A stretch of DNA of 63,172 nt, the filler included. It is 5 parts of 5 records of this genome, joined end to end, with 100 filler letters (N's around TTAATTAATTAA, not from the genome) between each part and the next. Parts side by side here need not be neighbours in the genome. Positions count along the whole stretch, not along the records: positions 52,264 to 63,172 come from DRR723986_14458; 4 more parts are not named here. The stretch is one strand, 5' to 3'. Positions 52,164-61,955 of this stretch are shown here, piece after piece. The translations under genes were made by a program, and so were the position numbers. Every line of letters begins with the position of its first letter. The first letter of the stretch is position 1. A model generated the notes under the pieces. It did not search any database and had not been told where the DNA came from. It worked only from the letters and a program-made list of their open reading frames with translations.

Positions 52164-52263
52164 NNNNNNNNNNNNNNNNNNNNNNNNNNNNNNNNNNNNN
52201 NNNNNNNTTAATTAATTAANNNNNNNNNNNNNNNNNNNNNNNNNNNNNNNNNNNNNNNNNNNN
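52164..52263. other. Artificial contig spacer
   Basis: 44 N + TTAATTAATTAA + 44 N. Confidence 0.98.
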
Positions 52264-52265
52264 GC

Positions 52266-52481
52266 CCCCACCAACAAATTGCGATCAATCGGGTACACAG
52301 CGCAAGTCAAAAGAAGTTAACGATCAGATGTTTGACAATTCTGTCTGTTTGCGCAGCGTTGAGTCTTAGAGTCTATTCACAGATTCTTGGGATTGGAAAC
52401 AGTCCCCACCAACAAATTACAGGTATGCACGTACCCAGTGCAAGGCAAAAAGACTCAACGGTATAAAAATTTGGCAATTCA
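52266..52481. repeat. Degenerate direct repeat (~75-80 bp, period 138 bp)
   Basis: CCCCACCAACAAATT at 52266 and 52404, each followed by GTAC-x-CAG-Y-GCAAG-x-CAAAA...AACG...TTTG-R-CAATTC. Confidence 0.65.
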
Positions 52482-52664
52482 TTGGACCTTCGCGCCACCG
52501 GCGCAAAATGCATCGTTTGTCTACGGAAAAGTGTGCCACATACCATAGCGACAAAGTCCCGGCTAACTTTAGTTTGCTCAATTAGCCGCGTGACCCAATT
52601 GATGCCTGGATGTTAAGTGTGGCTGCCGGGCGTATTTGTTAAGTTGTACCGCGATTGTCGGGTT

Positions 52665-53804
52665 TCAACGCGCTTTGATCGCCATCGCAAGCGCGGCTTT
52701 GGGGTTAACAATACCATGCCCCTGGCGCTGAGTGTCTACATGCGGTAGAGTATCCGCCGTCTGTGTTAATATTTGTTTAATCTCTGCAGGCCGCAAATTG
52801 GGGTTAACTTCCAACATCTGTGCGATCAAAGACGTGACGATGGGCGCTGCAAACGACGTGCCGTCCACGTGTTGGTAGTAGGGCGAAATGATCTTTTGTT
52901 GTGTTATCCGCTCGGAGACGGCGGCGCGAACTTTTTTGAGATGCTGGTACTGCAGTATTTCGGGTTTAAGTTCGGTTTTATTGATGAGTGCAGGCAGCAC
53001 ATTGCGCATTTCTTTATCCGGCAGTGCATCCAGTGCACACAGGATTGCGGCTTCTATTTGTGTACCGGTGTTAAGTAACATTGGCGCAGGCACCCAGATT
53101 GCCGGTGCAATTACTTCTGGTTTGGGGTGACCGTTGACCGTCACACCAAAGCTGGAGTGATACATGCGGTTGTCTCTGGCGGCCAATGTGTTCTGGTCAT
53201 CAAGTCCACCAACCGTCAGCGCAGCGGGCGAGAGCGCCGGTGGTCTCAGTTGTTTCGCCAAGTCGTTGCCGGCGGCAGCGACTGTAATGACACCTTGACT
53301 GAATAACTCATCTACCAGCGCTGTGACGGGGTGTTCAGGCGTGGCATCTACTTCGTCGGCGTAAACAGAAATGTTAATAACACGTAAATTCAATTCGCGG
53401 TGATGGCGCAAAATCCATCTAAGGGCACGTACTATGATTGCAGTTGGGATGCGCCCCAGGTCATTCATAGTACGAACCAGCACTACATCAGCTTCCGCCG
53501 CCAGGGAAGAATAGCGCATGCGCGAAAGAAATCCATTGCCGGCAGCTGTACATGCGGTCATGGTGCCGTGCCATGTGTAGAATGCGTCTTCCTGCGGTGG
53601 CAGGTCAGCTTCAACATCGTTGACGGCATCGTAGTAGCGGCGAATGCGTTGCAGCGGACGGGACAAATCTGGATGTGGCACAAACCCAGAGTCAACAAGC
53701 GCTATCCCAACACCTTTTCCATTGACTGCCGTATTACCGTGCAAGCGCGCAGGAACTGAGAGTGCCGGGAAAATCGCGGTTAGCTGCGGTTCCGATATTT
53801 GCAT
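52665..53804 (-). CDS. S8 subtilisin-family serine protease (AprX-like, no signal peptide)
   Basis: Catalytic VDSG, HGT, AAAGN (oxyanion Asn), GTSFAAP. Confidence 0.92.
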   Translation of the reverse strand: MQISEPQLTAIFPALSVPARLHGNTAVNGKGVGIALVDSGFVPHPDLSRPLQRIRRYYDAVNDVEADLPPQEDAFYTWHGTMTACTAAGNGFLSRMRYSSLAAEADVVLVRTMNDLGRIPTAIIVRALRWILRHHRELNLRVINISVYADEVDATPEHPVTALVDELFSQGVITVAAAGNDLAKQLRPPALSPAALTVGGLDDQNTLAARDNRMYHSSFGVTVNGHPKPEVIAPAIWVPAPMLLNTGTQIEAAILCALDALPDKEMRNVLPALINKTELKPEILQYQHLKKVRAAVSERITQQKIISPYYQHVDGTSFAAPIVTSLIAQMLEVNPNLRPAEIKQILTQTADTLPHVDTQRQGHGIVNPKAALAMAIKAR

Positions 53805-54835
53805 TTTCTACCTTTGCTGATTCGCTGAACGTGATACGAACCGCTGGAGTGCTTCCAGTTTGAGATTCCACCACAAAGATACCGCGAATTTTACGAACGA
53901 TGCCAATAAAGTTGATTTGCCCGGAGGATTGTTTAAGTCATGCAATCTAAGTTTTTGCTGGACAAGAAAAATGCTTCAAGATGCATTCTTCTCGTCACTT
54001 CAGGTGGTCGCGATATGCATGTGCTGGTCACTGCGTCTTTGAGTTAACGAATGGTAGACCATTACTCAGTATCATGACGCGTCGCACTATCAAGGCTTGG
54101 GGATTTTAAGGCTAGGCAAATTCTGTGGAATTCGTGTTAACTCAGCTCAGGTGCCAAGGCCACCAGAATGCCCCATATCTGTTAAGTAAATTTTATGTGG
54201 CTGCAGCAGGCTGAGATCGATTGCTACGAGCAATTGCTGCGATCATGCAATATGCTTAATGTGTGTTGCATTTTTTGCCGCAACCTGGCTGGCTTGTGCG
54301 CAAAACGGCAGTCTGGTTTGTGCCTGGATCGAGCGAATTGGCAGAAGTCCGCCGAACTGCTCTGATCCAGGTAATTGAAGACGGAGCTACTGAATTTTGT
54401 TGCGAAAACGGAACAAAACGCAAAAATATTCAATTCTTAGTGAAAAAGATTGATGACCGACCTGACAATTTCGAAACGTTCAATCTGAGAAAATTAAATG
54501 TGGAAAACTTCTTGCTTGGATCATTCAATTTTTTTTGGAAAACGTTTTTTCGCATCGTAGCTTAGTAATCTTGTTCTTAATTCAACAGCCAAAAGCAGGC
54601 ATTCTGAGCGGGGGCGCACTTACATTTTTTACCCGCAATATTTGAAGCCTAGTCTTTATCTCATGAGTTAACTTCCTTGCGATCTTAGCTATAAGTCAAC
54701 TAGCTACGAAACGTACGTTTAGTGGCGCGAATTCTATTTTTCGCGGCTAAATATCTGTGCGATTCGCTGTATTCTATTGTCTAAAAAAGTCAAGTATCAT
54801 ACAAGTTGTTTCTGTTATCTTTGGAGCTTCCGGAC

Positions 54836-55183
54836 ATGTCAGTTTCTCGTAGTAAAATCATTGTTGCTTCTTTATTGCTTGCTCTTTTAACATTATCGAC
54901 CGTCGTTGCGAATACTGTAAATTTTTCGCACGTCAACGAGGTCAACGAGTCGTTTAACGTAACCATGCATTTTCAAGACGGCAGCTCAAGCACAGTTCTT
55001 CTGTCTGCGGATTTCACAACTAATGTCTCTGTAAGCCAGACTGTTACTGGTGTCACGGTTAACAGTGTCTTTGTTGGCTCCGGGACTACAAGTGATGTAG
55101 AGCTTGCAAGTTTGACCGAAATTACGGTTGACTTCACGGGTACAAATACAGCCATCTTCTCAGAGCTCGACGAAGACATTTAA
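54836..55183 (+). CDS. Small secreted beta-rich hypothetical protein
   Basis: ATG at 54836 with GGAG upstream; signal peptide MSVSRSKIIVASLLLALLTLSTVVA; Ser/Thr/Val-rich mature region. Confidence 0.7.
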   Translation: MSVSRSKIIVASLLLALLTLSTVVANTVNFSHVNEVNESFNVTMHFQDGSSSTVLLSADFTTNVSVSQTVTGVTVNSVFVGSGTTSDVELASLTEITVDFTGTNTAIFSELDEDI

Positions 55184-55351
55184 GCACAGTCGTTTAATTA
55201 TTTACTGTTGGAGACACTGATGGATTACCTTACAATATTTGAAGACGACTGCTAGAACTGAGTCTGAATTCAGATTCAGTTATCCCAATGGAGGTGTTAA
55301 CATTCTGCAGAAGGCAGTTTGTGGCAGCTACCCGGGGGCGGACTATTGAAT

Positions 55352-55390
55352 GGCCACAAGTTAAACGTTTTTAACGTTTAACTTGTGGCC
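55352..55390. repeat. Perfect 18-bp inverted repeat with 3-nt loop
   Basis: GGCCACAAGTTAAACGTT-TTT-AACGTTTAACTTGTGGCC. Confidence 0.9.
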
Positions 55391-55800
55391 CAGGCGCTGG
55401 ATTATCTTAACCCGGCAGATGCATAGATGCGACAATATCGTGCTTGCGTTTGCCGGGAATCCATAGCCGAAAAGTACTATTAGGTATTTACTTAGCCTGG
55501 ATCAAAAATTGACCGTGTGGGACCAATGAGCTAACTCTGGTCAGCTAGACGGTTTTTACTAGCTTGAACACCATATTTGGTGTCGGGATGTTCGTCAGAA
55601 CCCTTCCATAGGTTTCCAGACTTCGGAAAACTTTGCCGAATTGTGCCACTCGTCCGTAAAGTTGTGCCACCGAAGTCACAGAGATGTTTTGCCTTATTGA
55701 GTCAAGAATTGCAAATTACGGTGCTGTGTACCAGGGGTGGATACAGCAGGCGCGCTAATGGGGAAAACTTCCCAGGGGTTTTGAATCATTAATAAGCGAA

Positions 55801-57786
55801 GTGGCTGGTACCGTGCAAATTAAGGCGGAGTCCAACACCGAAGATTCTCTGAGCATGACAGGTTTGTCCACCATTGATACGGACGAGCTTGACACTCTGC
55901 GCCGTTCATCACCTATTAAAGTGGTAAACATCTGCGATCATCACTTGCAGGAAATCGCTATTCTCACCGGGAACAACAGCTCCGACCCGGCCGACCTTGG
56001 GCATGACATTTTCAAATTGCAGGGTGAGTTACTCTTGCTGCGCGGCAAAGCCCATCACAACCTCCTTGAATCTGAGCAGGCACGCACCGACCTGGAGAGC
56101 GCCCTGGAGATATTTGAGAAACTGGGGTTTGAGGAGGGGATTTCCAGAACCTACGTCAACCTGGGCCTGGTAGTCAAAGGCAAGGGTGATTTGGCACTGG
56201 CGATGGAATGCCACCATCGCGCCCTGGAGATTGCACGTAGGTGTGGTTTTACGCGTGCGGAAATGGCCAGCCATCTGAACATAGGGAACAATTACTATGC
56301 CATGGGTGACTTTTCGAATGCGCTTGAGCATTACCAGCAGAGTCATCAAATTAATTCAACATTAAACCACAAGCTGACCGAATCATCTCAGCTGTCAAAT
56401 ATTGGTCTGGTGTATCGTGAACTTAAACAGTATGATCGCGCGCTTGAGAACTTCAAGAAAAGCCTGAAAATACTTGAAGAGGGTAATGATAAACAGCGTC
56501 AGGTACAGGTTCACAGCAATATCGTTGGATTGTACAGTCTGACTGGCCAGCTGGATGAGGCCAGGCGTCACGCGCAAAAAGGTTGGGAATTGGCCGAAGA
56601 AGTTGCGGCTCCCAATGGACTGGTCTTCTCGCTCAGTGCCCTGGCTGATATCGAAGTCATGGAATGCAATTATCCGCAGGCACTCAAGTTGTTTGAGCAA
56701 GCGCTTGTGACGTCGCGCGAATCACGCTTCTTTAAGGGTGAGGTTGGGTGTCTGATAGAATTGGGTAAGATTCACATCAAGACCGGCGAATTTGAGAACG
56801 CTCGTACCCAATTACTGACCGCTCTGAATTTGGCTGATAAATTGGGACAGCGTTCCGAATCGATGCGCATTCATGAGCTTCTGGCCGACTATTTTGAAAA
56901 TGTAGGTGACAGTAGCAGTGCGCTCAAGCACTTTCGCCAATTCCACACCTTGGAACGTGAACTCTTAAACCAGGAGACCACATCACGTACGATGGCCCTG
57001 CAAACCTGGCACGCCAGTGAACAGTCGCTCAAAGAAGCCGAAATCCACCGACTCAAAAGTGTTGAGCTCGTTAAGGCCAACAAAGAGTTGCAGGACTTGC
57101 ACCGCGAAAAAAATGAATTCCTGAGTATCGCAGCACATGACCTAAAGAATCAACTGTCGGCGATTGTATTGGCCTGCAGTGTTGTCCACAAAAGTCCCGA
57201 ACGATTCAGCGAGCTTGATCTACACCGCCAGATTAACAGCATTGGCATCACTGCCGAACACATGCGTGAAATCATCCTGAACCTGCTGGACGTCAATCGA
57301 CTTGAAAACGGCAAAATTGATATTTTTTCGGCGGCGTTTAACATTTGTTCAACACTTTCTACTGTTGCTGAAAATTATCGGCAGCGCGCCGATGCCAAGG
57401 AGATTTCAATAAACGTGTCATGTGCGGCCGGAGAAGTATTTGTGTTCGCTGACCGCGACCTGTGCAAAGAAGTTATTGAGAACCTGCTTTCCAACGCTAT
57501 CAAGTTTTCACCACTTGGCAGAAGTGTCCAGATCGGCGCAACGCGCCACCATGAATTTGTACAGATTTTTGTGCAGGATGAAGGTCCGGGAATTAGTGAG
57601 GCGGACCGTCGGGACCTCTTTGGCAAGTTCTCGCGTCTTTCCGCCAAGCCAACTGCCAATGAACATTCTACCGGCCTGGGGCTGTGGATTGTCAAGAAAC
57701 TTGTAGACGCCATGGGTGGGCGCGTCTGGTGTGAAGCCACTGAATCACATGGTGCCCGCTTTGTGATAGAACTGCCGGCTGCATAA
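55801..57786 (+). CDS. Cytoplasmic TPR-repeat sensor histidine kinase
   Basis: About 7-8 TPRs (NLG/NIG...A...Y); H-box AAHDLKNQL; NLLSNAIKFS, DEGPG, TGLGL; no TM segment. Start uncertain (GTG 55801 or ATG 55855). Confidence 0.92.
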   Translation: MAGTVQIKAESNTEDSLSMTGLSTIDTDELDTLRRSSPIKVVNICDHHLQEIAILTGNNSSDPADLGHDIFKLQGELLLLRGKAHHNLLESEQARTDLESALEIFEKLGFEEGISRTYVNLGLVVKGKGDLALAMECHHRALEIARRCGFTRAEMASHLNIGNNYYAMGDFSNALEHYQQSHQINSTLNHKLTESSQLSNIGLVYRELKQYDRALENFKKSLKILEEGNDKQRQVQVHSNIVGLYSLTGQLDEARRHAQKGWELAEEVAAPNGLVFSLSALADIEVMECNYPQALKLFEQALVTSRESRFFKGEVGCLIELGKIHIKTGEFENARTQLLTALNLADKLGQRSESMRIHELLADYFENVGDSSSALKHFRQFHTLERELLNQETTSRTMALQTWHASEQSLKEAEIHRLKSVELVKANKELQDLHREKNEFLSIAAHDLKNQLSAIVLACSVVHKSPERFSELDLHRQINSIGITAEHMREIILNLLDVNRLENGKIDIFSAAFNICSTLSTVAENYRQRADAKEISINVSCAAGEVFVFADRDLCKEVIENLLSNAIKFSPLGRSVQIGATRHHEFVQIFVQDEGPGISEADRRDLFGKFSRLSAKPTANEHSTGLGLWIVKKLVDAMGGRVWCEATESHGARFVIELPAA

Positions 57787-57815
57787 ATCATACTCACGCA
57801 TTTGCCCCGGCGAAT

Positions 57816-59177
57816 TTGCGCGATACTCTTCTGGTTTTTGGATATTTTTGCACTTCAGATTTTTACGATAGACCTGTTTGGAGTTCTACCTTGGAAACAA
57901 CTGATGCTGGCCAAGCCAACCTGCCTGCAATTATGCCGCTGCACGGTGTTGTACAACACTATGCCTGGGGTGGTTATCAATTCATTCCAGACCTGGTTGG
58001 ATTCGATAATTCCGCGGCACGTGAGTGTGCCGAACTTTGGCTGGGGACACATCCCAAAGGTCCGGCTCAGGTGCGGATTAACGATGAAGAGATAAGCCTC
58101 AGTCAGCTTATCCAGGCAAACCCGCAACACTGCCTGGGTGCGACAAGGGCTGCCCAGTTTAACAATGACCTTCCATTTTTGTTTAAAGTGCTGGATGCGC
58201 GTAAGATGCTCTCAATCCAGGTGCATCCCGACAAAAGTCGTGCCGAGCGCGGATTTGCAGCTGAAGACGCTGCCGGTATAGACCGTGCCGCACCCAACCG
58301 GAATTATCGCGACAAAAATCACAAACCCGAACTGCACGTGGCCTTAACTGAATTCTGGATGCTGCATGGCTTCCGCGCCGTGGATGAGATTGTAAGGGAG
58401 TTACGGCGTGTACCGGAATTCCTCAACCTCGTCTACGAATTTGAGGATGACCTGGCCGCCGCAGGCGACAAAGAGTCCGTGAACCGCAACGCTCTTAAAG
58501 CGCTGTATCACCGCATAATGACTATGCCTCAGGGACAGGTGGATGCATTTCTGGAGCCGCTGCTGGTGCGCCTGGCGCCTCAGTACACAGCCAATCAACT
58601 ACCCAAGGATTCAGCTGATTTCTGGGCGGCTCGTGCCGCTGAGCACTTTCCTTTGCCGAACGGGCATCGCGATCGCGGTATCTTCTCAATTTACCTCATG
58701 AACCTTGTAATGTTGCAACCTGGGCAGGCAACATTTCAGGATGCGGGCGTACCGCACGCCTATCTGGAAGGTGCCAATGTTGAACTTATGGCCTGTTCGG
58801 ATAATGTTCTGCGCGGTGGCTTAACACCCAAACATATCGACGTACCTGAATTACTTGAGACATTGACGTATGCCGCCGGCCCAGCCGAAATAATCGAAGG
58901 CAGCACAAATGCATCCGAGACATTGTACCCAACGCCGGCCAGAGACTTTGAGTTGGCACTGATTAATCTGAACAAAGGCGAAAATGCTTCGCGCCCGGCA
59001 GAACACGGCCCTGACGTCCTTCTGGTGCTGGATGGGGAAGTAGAGTTACAGGCGGCCAACAGTTCGCTCACTCTGCAGCGCGGTCAGGCCTGTTTTGTAC
59101 AAAATGCTGCCGCCTACGAGATTTATGGGCAAAAAGCAGCGCGGGTCTTCCGCGCTTCAACGCCCGCGAATCAATAG
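57816..59177 (+). CDS. manA: Mannose-6-phosphate isomerase, class I
   Basis: QHYAWG, AELWLGTHP, LPFLFKVL, LSIQVHP, NHKPE, HAYLEG, SDNVLRGGLT. The true start is probably further downstream (~57891-57933). Confidence 0.94.
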   Translation: MRDTLLVFGYFCTSDFYDRPVWSSTLETTDAGQANLPAIMPLHGVVQHYAWGGYQFIPDLVGFDNSAARECAELWLGTHPKGPAQVRINDEEISLSQLIQANPQHCLGATRAAQFNNDLPFLFKVLDARKMLSIQVHPDKSRAERGFAAEDAAGIDRAAPNRNYRDKNHKPELHVALTEFWMLHGFRAVDEIVRELRRVPEFLNLVYEFEDDLAAAGDKESVNRNALKALYHRIMTMPQGQVDAFLEPLLVRLAPQYTANQLPKDSADFWAARAAEHFPLPNGHRDRGIFSIYLMNLVMLQPGQATFQDAGVPHAYLEGANVELMACSDNVLRGGLTPKHIDVPELLETLTYAAGPAEIIEGSTNASETLYPTPARDFELALINLNKGENASRPAEHGPDVLLVLDGEVELQAANSSLTLQRGQACFVQNAAAYEIYGQKAARVFRASTPANQ

Positions 59178-59225
59178 ACATTGAATTGTCGATTGCCAGG
59201 TAAATTTCTCAGCAGATTTCTTTGG

Positions 59226-59252
59226 GGTGTAGCTCCAATTTGGAGCTACACC
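59226..59252. promoter_or_regulatory. Perfect 13-1-13 palindrome upstream of copZ-copA (candidate operator, or manA terminator)
   Basis: GGTGTAGCTCCAA-T-TTGGAGCTACACC. Confidence 0.55.
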
Positions 59253-59330
59253 AAACGTCATACTCTTCTGATAAAATCGCAGCTGATTCTGTGATTTGAA
59301 GGGCTGCTGAACGATGAAAACGGGGGAAGC

Positions 59331-59549
59331 ATGCAGACATATACTATCAAAACCAGCATGGCATGCGGTGGCTGCGTGGCTGCCGTAAGTAAAAAACTTG
59401 ATAATCTGGAAGGGGTCTCCAGCTGGAGCGTTGATCTGGAACATGCAGACAAGCTGCTCACCGTTGAAGCGCAGAACCTTTCTCAGGATGATGTGATCTC
59501 TGCAGTTCGTGCCGCAGGTTTTGCGGCCGATCCCGTCCCAGCTGCCTAA
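59331..59549 (+). CDS. copZ: CopZ-like heavy-metal-associated chaperone
   Basis: MACGGC metal-binding loop, 72 aa, upstream of copA. Confidence 0.9.
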   Translation: MQTYTIKTSMACGGCVAAVSKKLDNLEGVSSWSVDLEHADKLLTVEAQNLSQDDVISAVRAAGFAADPVPAA

Positions 59550-59585
59550 AACAACCGGTTTGTTTCCACACTCAGGAGCATCCGG

Positions 59586-61880
59586 ATGCAAGCTGAAGTC
59601 CAGTCAAAGTCCAATCCCTCTAGCGAAATGACCAATGGGCAGGCAACTGTCCAGGCACCCGTCGATGGCATGAGTTGTGCCGCCTGCGCCGCTTCAGTGG
59701 AGCGTGTTCTGCGCGCACAGGACGCCGTGCGCGCCGCCGATGTTAACTTCGCTGACCGGTCGGTAAAAATTGAATACGATCCTTCGAGGACCTCGTTCCC
59801 AGAATTGCAACACGCGGTAGACGAAAGCGGGTTTGTACTATTAACACCACCGGCTTCAGCCACCGAAGCCCTGGATTCTGAACATATCCGCGAAGAGCAA
59901 CGCCTTGCCGGCTTGCGTAGGAAAGTTGCTGTCTCAGTAGCCTCTACCGTTCCGATTGTGTTTTTGGCAATGGTTTTGCCAGAAATGTTAAGTGAGCCCT
60001 GGATCTACTCCGGCTGGTTGCAGCTCCTGCTCAGTCTTCCGGTCATGTTCTACGGAGGCAGTGAATTTTTCCTGCGTGCAATTAAACTGGCGCGCCACCG
60101 CACAGCCAACATGGATTCGCTGGTTGCAATCGGCGCGGGCACAGCCTGGCTCGTTAGCTTACCCGCGCTCGTAATTCCGGAAGTACTCGCGGAAGCGGGA
60201 ATTGCACCATATCTCTACATTGAAGCTGCGGTCACAATCACCAGCCTCGTACTGCTTGGCCGCTATTTAGAGGAGCGTGCGCGCAATCGTGCCTCGGCCT
60301 CGTTGGAACATCTGATAGCTTTGCGACCGGAGACCGCCTATGTACGTCGCAATTCTGAATTTGTAGCCACAGCCCTTGCTAACGTACTGCCCGGCGATAC
60401 ACTGCGCGTGGCAGCAGGCGAACGCATTCCGGTCGATGGTGAACTGCTGGAAGGTGCAGGCAACATTGATGAAAGTGCCATCACAGGAGAGGCTCTTCCA
60501 GTCGAAAAATTTCCCGGCGATACACTGATGGCCGGCACAGTCAACTTAACATCCTCGATTTTGCTGCGTGCCCGCCGTGTCGGCGCCGATAGCAGTATCG
60601 AACGCATCATCCGCATGGTACGCGAAGCGCGCGGTAACAAACCACCCATCCAGCGATTGGCGGACCGCGTTGCCGGGATATTTGTTCCGACAGTCATTGT
60701 GATTGCTGCGCTGACATTTGGCGCCTGGTTGGCCATTGGCGGAACAGGCTTGCTGGCTCAGGCAATTGTCGCTGCTGTATCCGTTCTTGTCATCGCCTGT
60801 CCCTGCGCTTTGGGGCTGGCAGTTCCAACTGCAGTGATGGTAGCTGTAGGGCGCGCAGCCGAACGTGGAATTCTGATTCAGGACAGTACGGTTCTAGAGT
60901 CCGCCGGCAAAGTCAAAACTATCTGTTTTGACAAAACCGGGACCTTAACGCTGGGCAAACCTCTGGTGCAGTCGGAGGACTGGTTTTGCTCCTCAGATCA
61001 ACAAGCCGAACTAAAGGCGCAATTGTTAAAGCTGGAGCAAAACTCCACGCATCCACTTGCACAGGCAATGGTTGAGCATTTGGCCCAGGGCGGCGTGCAC
61101 GCTTCCGGTTCTGACTTCACAGAAATACATGAAGTCCGCGGGCAGGGCATGCGTGCGACAATTGGTGAAACTACAATGCTGGTTGGCAATCTGCAATTGC
61201 TGACTGCCAACAATGTTAACATTGACGCTGAGCTCTCGGCACGTTTGCACTCACTTGAAAATGATCAGGCCTGGAGTTTTGTCTATGTTGCCGCCAATGC
61301 CAAGCTTGTAGCATATTTTGCTTTTGGCGATCAAGCTCTCGATGCCGCATTTGATGTGATGCGCGCGCTACACGCAAAAAATGTTACACCGGTGATTATT
61401 AGCGGCGATACTCCCGGGGCCGTTGCCGCACTGGCGCATACCTTGGGAGTAGAGCGCTACTACGCGCAGGTTGCTCCGGAGGCCAAGGCGGAAATTCTTG
61501 CATCCGAAGGCCGTAAGTCGGGTGCTCCCGTTATGATGGTTGGGGATGGAATCAACGATGCTCCGGCTCTGGCCGCGGCCGATGTAGCTGTGGCAATTGG
61601 CTCGGGAACAGACGTAGCTGCAGAGGCCGCCGGCGTCACGCTGAATGGTGGGATAAAGTCGCTGGTAGGACTGCTGCACATATCTCATATCACGATGCGC
61701 ACGATGCGGCAGAACCTCTTCTGGGCTTTTATCTACAATATTATCGGCATTCCGATTGCCGCCGGAATCTTGTATCCGGCATTCGGATTTTTGTTAAGTC
61801 CCATGGTCGCATCAGCGGCGATGGCCTTCAGTTCAATTTCGGTGGTACTTAACAGTTTACGTTTGCGCTCCAACATTTGA
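59586..61880 (+). CDS. copA: Cu(I)-translocating P1B-type ATPase
   Basis: GMSCAAC, TGE, CPC, DKTGT, HP, GDGIND, YN in TM7, MAFSS in TM8. Confidence 0.95.
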   Translation: MQAEVQSKSNPSSEMTNGQATVQAPVDGMSCAACAASVERVLRAQDAVRAADVNFADRSVKIEYDPSRTSFPELQHAVDESGFVLLTPPASATEALDSEHIREEQRLAGLRRKVAVSVASTVPIVFLAMVLPEMLSEPWIYSGWLQLLLSLPVMFYGGSEFFLRAIKLARHRTANMDSLVAIGAGTAWLVSLPALVIPEVLAEAGIAPYLYIEAAVTITSLVLLGRYLEERARNRASASLEHLIALRPETAYVRRNSEFVATALANVLPGDTLRVAAGERIPVDGELLEGAGNIDESAITGEALPVEKFPGDTLMAGTVNLTSSILLRARRVGADSSIERIIRMVREARGNKPPIQRLADRVAGIFVPTVIVIAALTFGAWLAIGGTGLLAQAIVAAVSVLVIACPCALGLAVPTAVMVAVGRAAERGILIQDSTVLESAGKVKTICFDKTGTLTLGKPLVQSEDWFCSSDQQAELKAQLLKLEQNSTHPLAQAMVEHLAQGGVHASGSDFTEIHEVRGQGMRATIGETTMLVGNLQLLTANNVNIDAELSARLHSLENDQAWSFVYVAANAKLVAYFAFGDQALDAAFDVMRALHAKNVTPVIISGDTPGAVAALAHTLGVERYYAQVAPEAKAEILASEGRKSGAPVMMVGDGINDAPALAAADVAVAIGSGTDVAAEAAGVTLNGGIKSLVGLLHISHITMRTMRQNLFWAFIYNIIGIPIAAGILYPAFGFLLSPMVASAAMAFSSISVVLNSLRLRSNI

Positions 61881-61955
61881 GTTTGGCACAGGCAGACTGT
61901 TCGGATCACCATGGTTCTCAGATTGTGACACATAGATTGTAACTCTTGGCTCACA

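Noticed and set aside
54224-54565. ORFs in the protease/secreted-protein spacer
   Set aside because: Short, overlapping on both strands, TTG-type starts and no recognisable features.
59586-59900. E. coli-style copA frameshift producing a CopZ chaperone
   Set aside because: No slippery heptamer noticed after the metal-binding domain, and a separate copZ gene is present.
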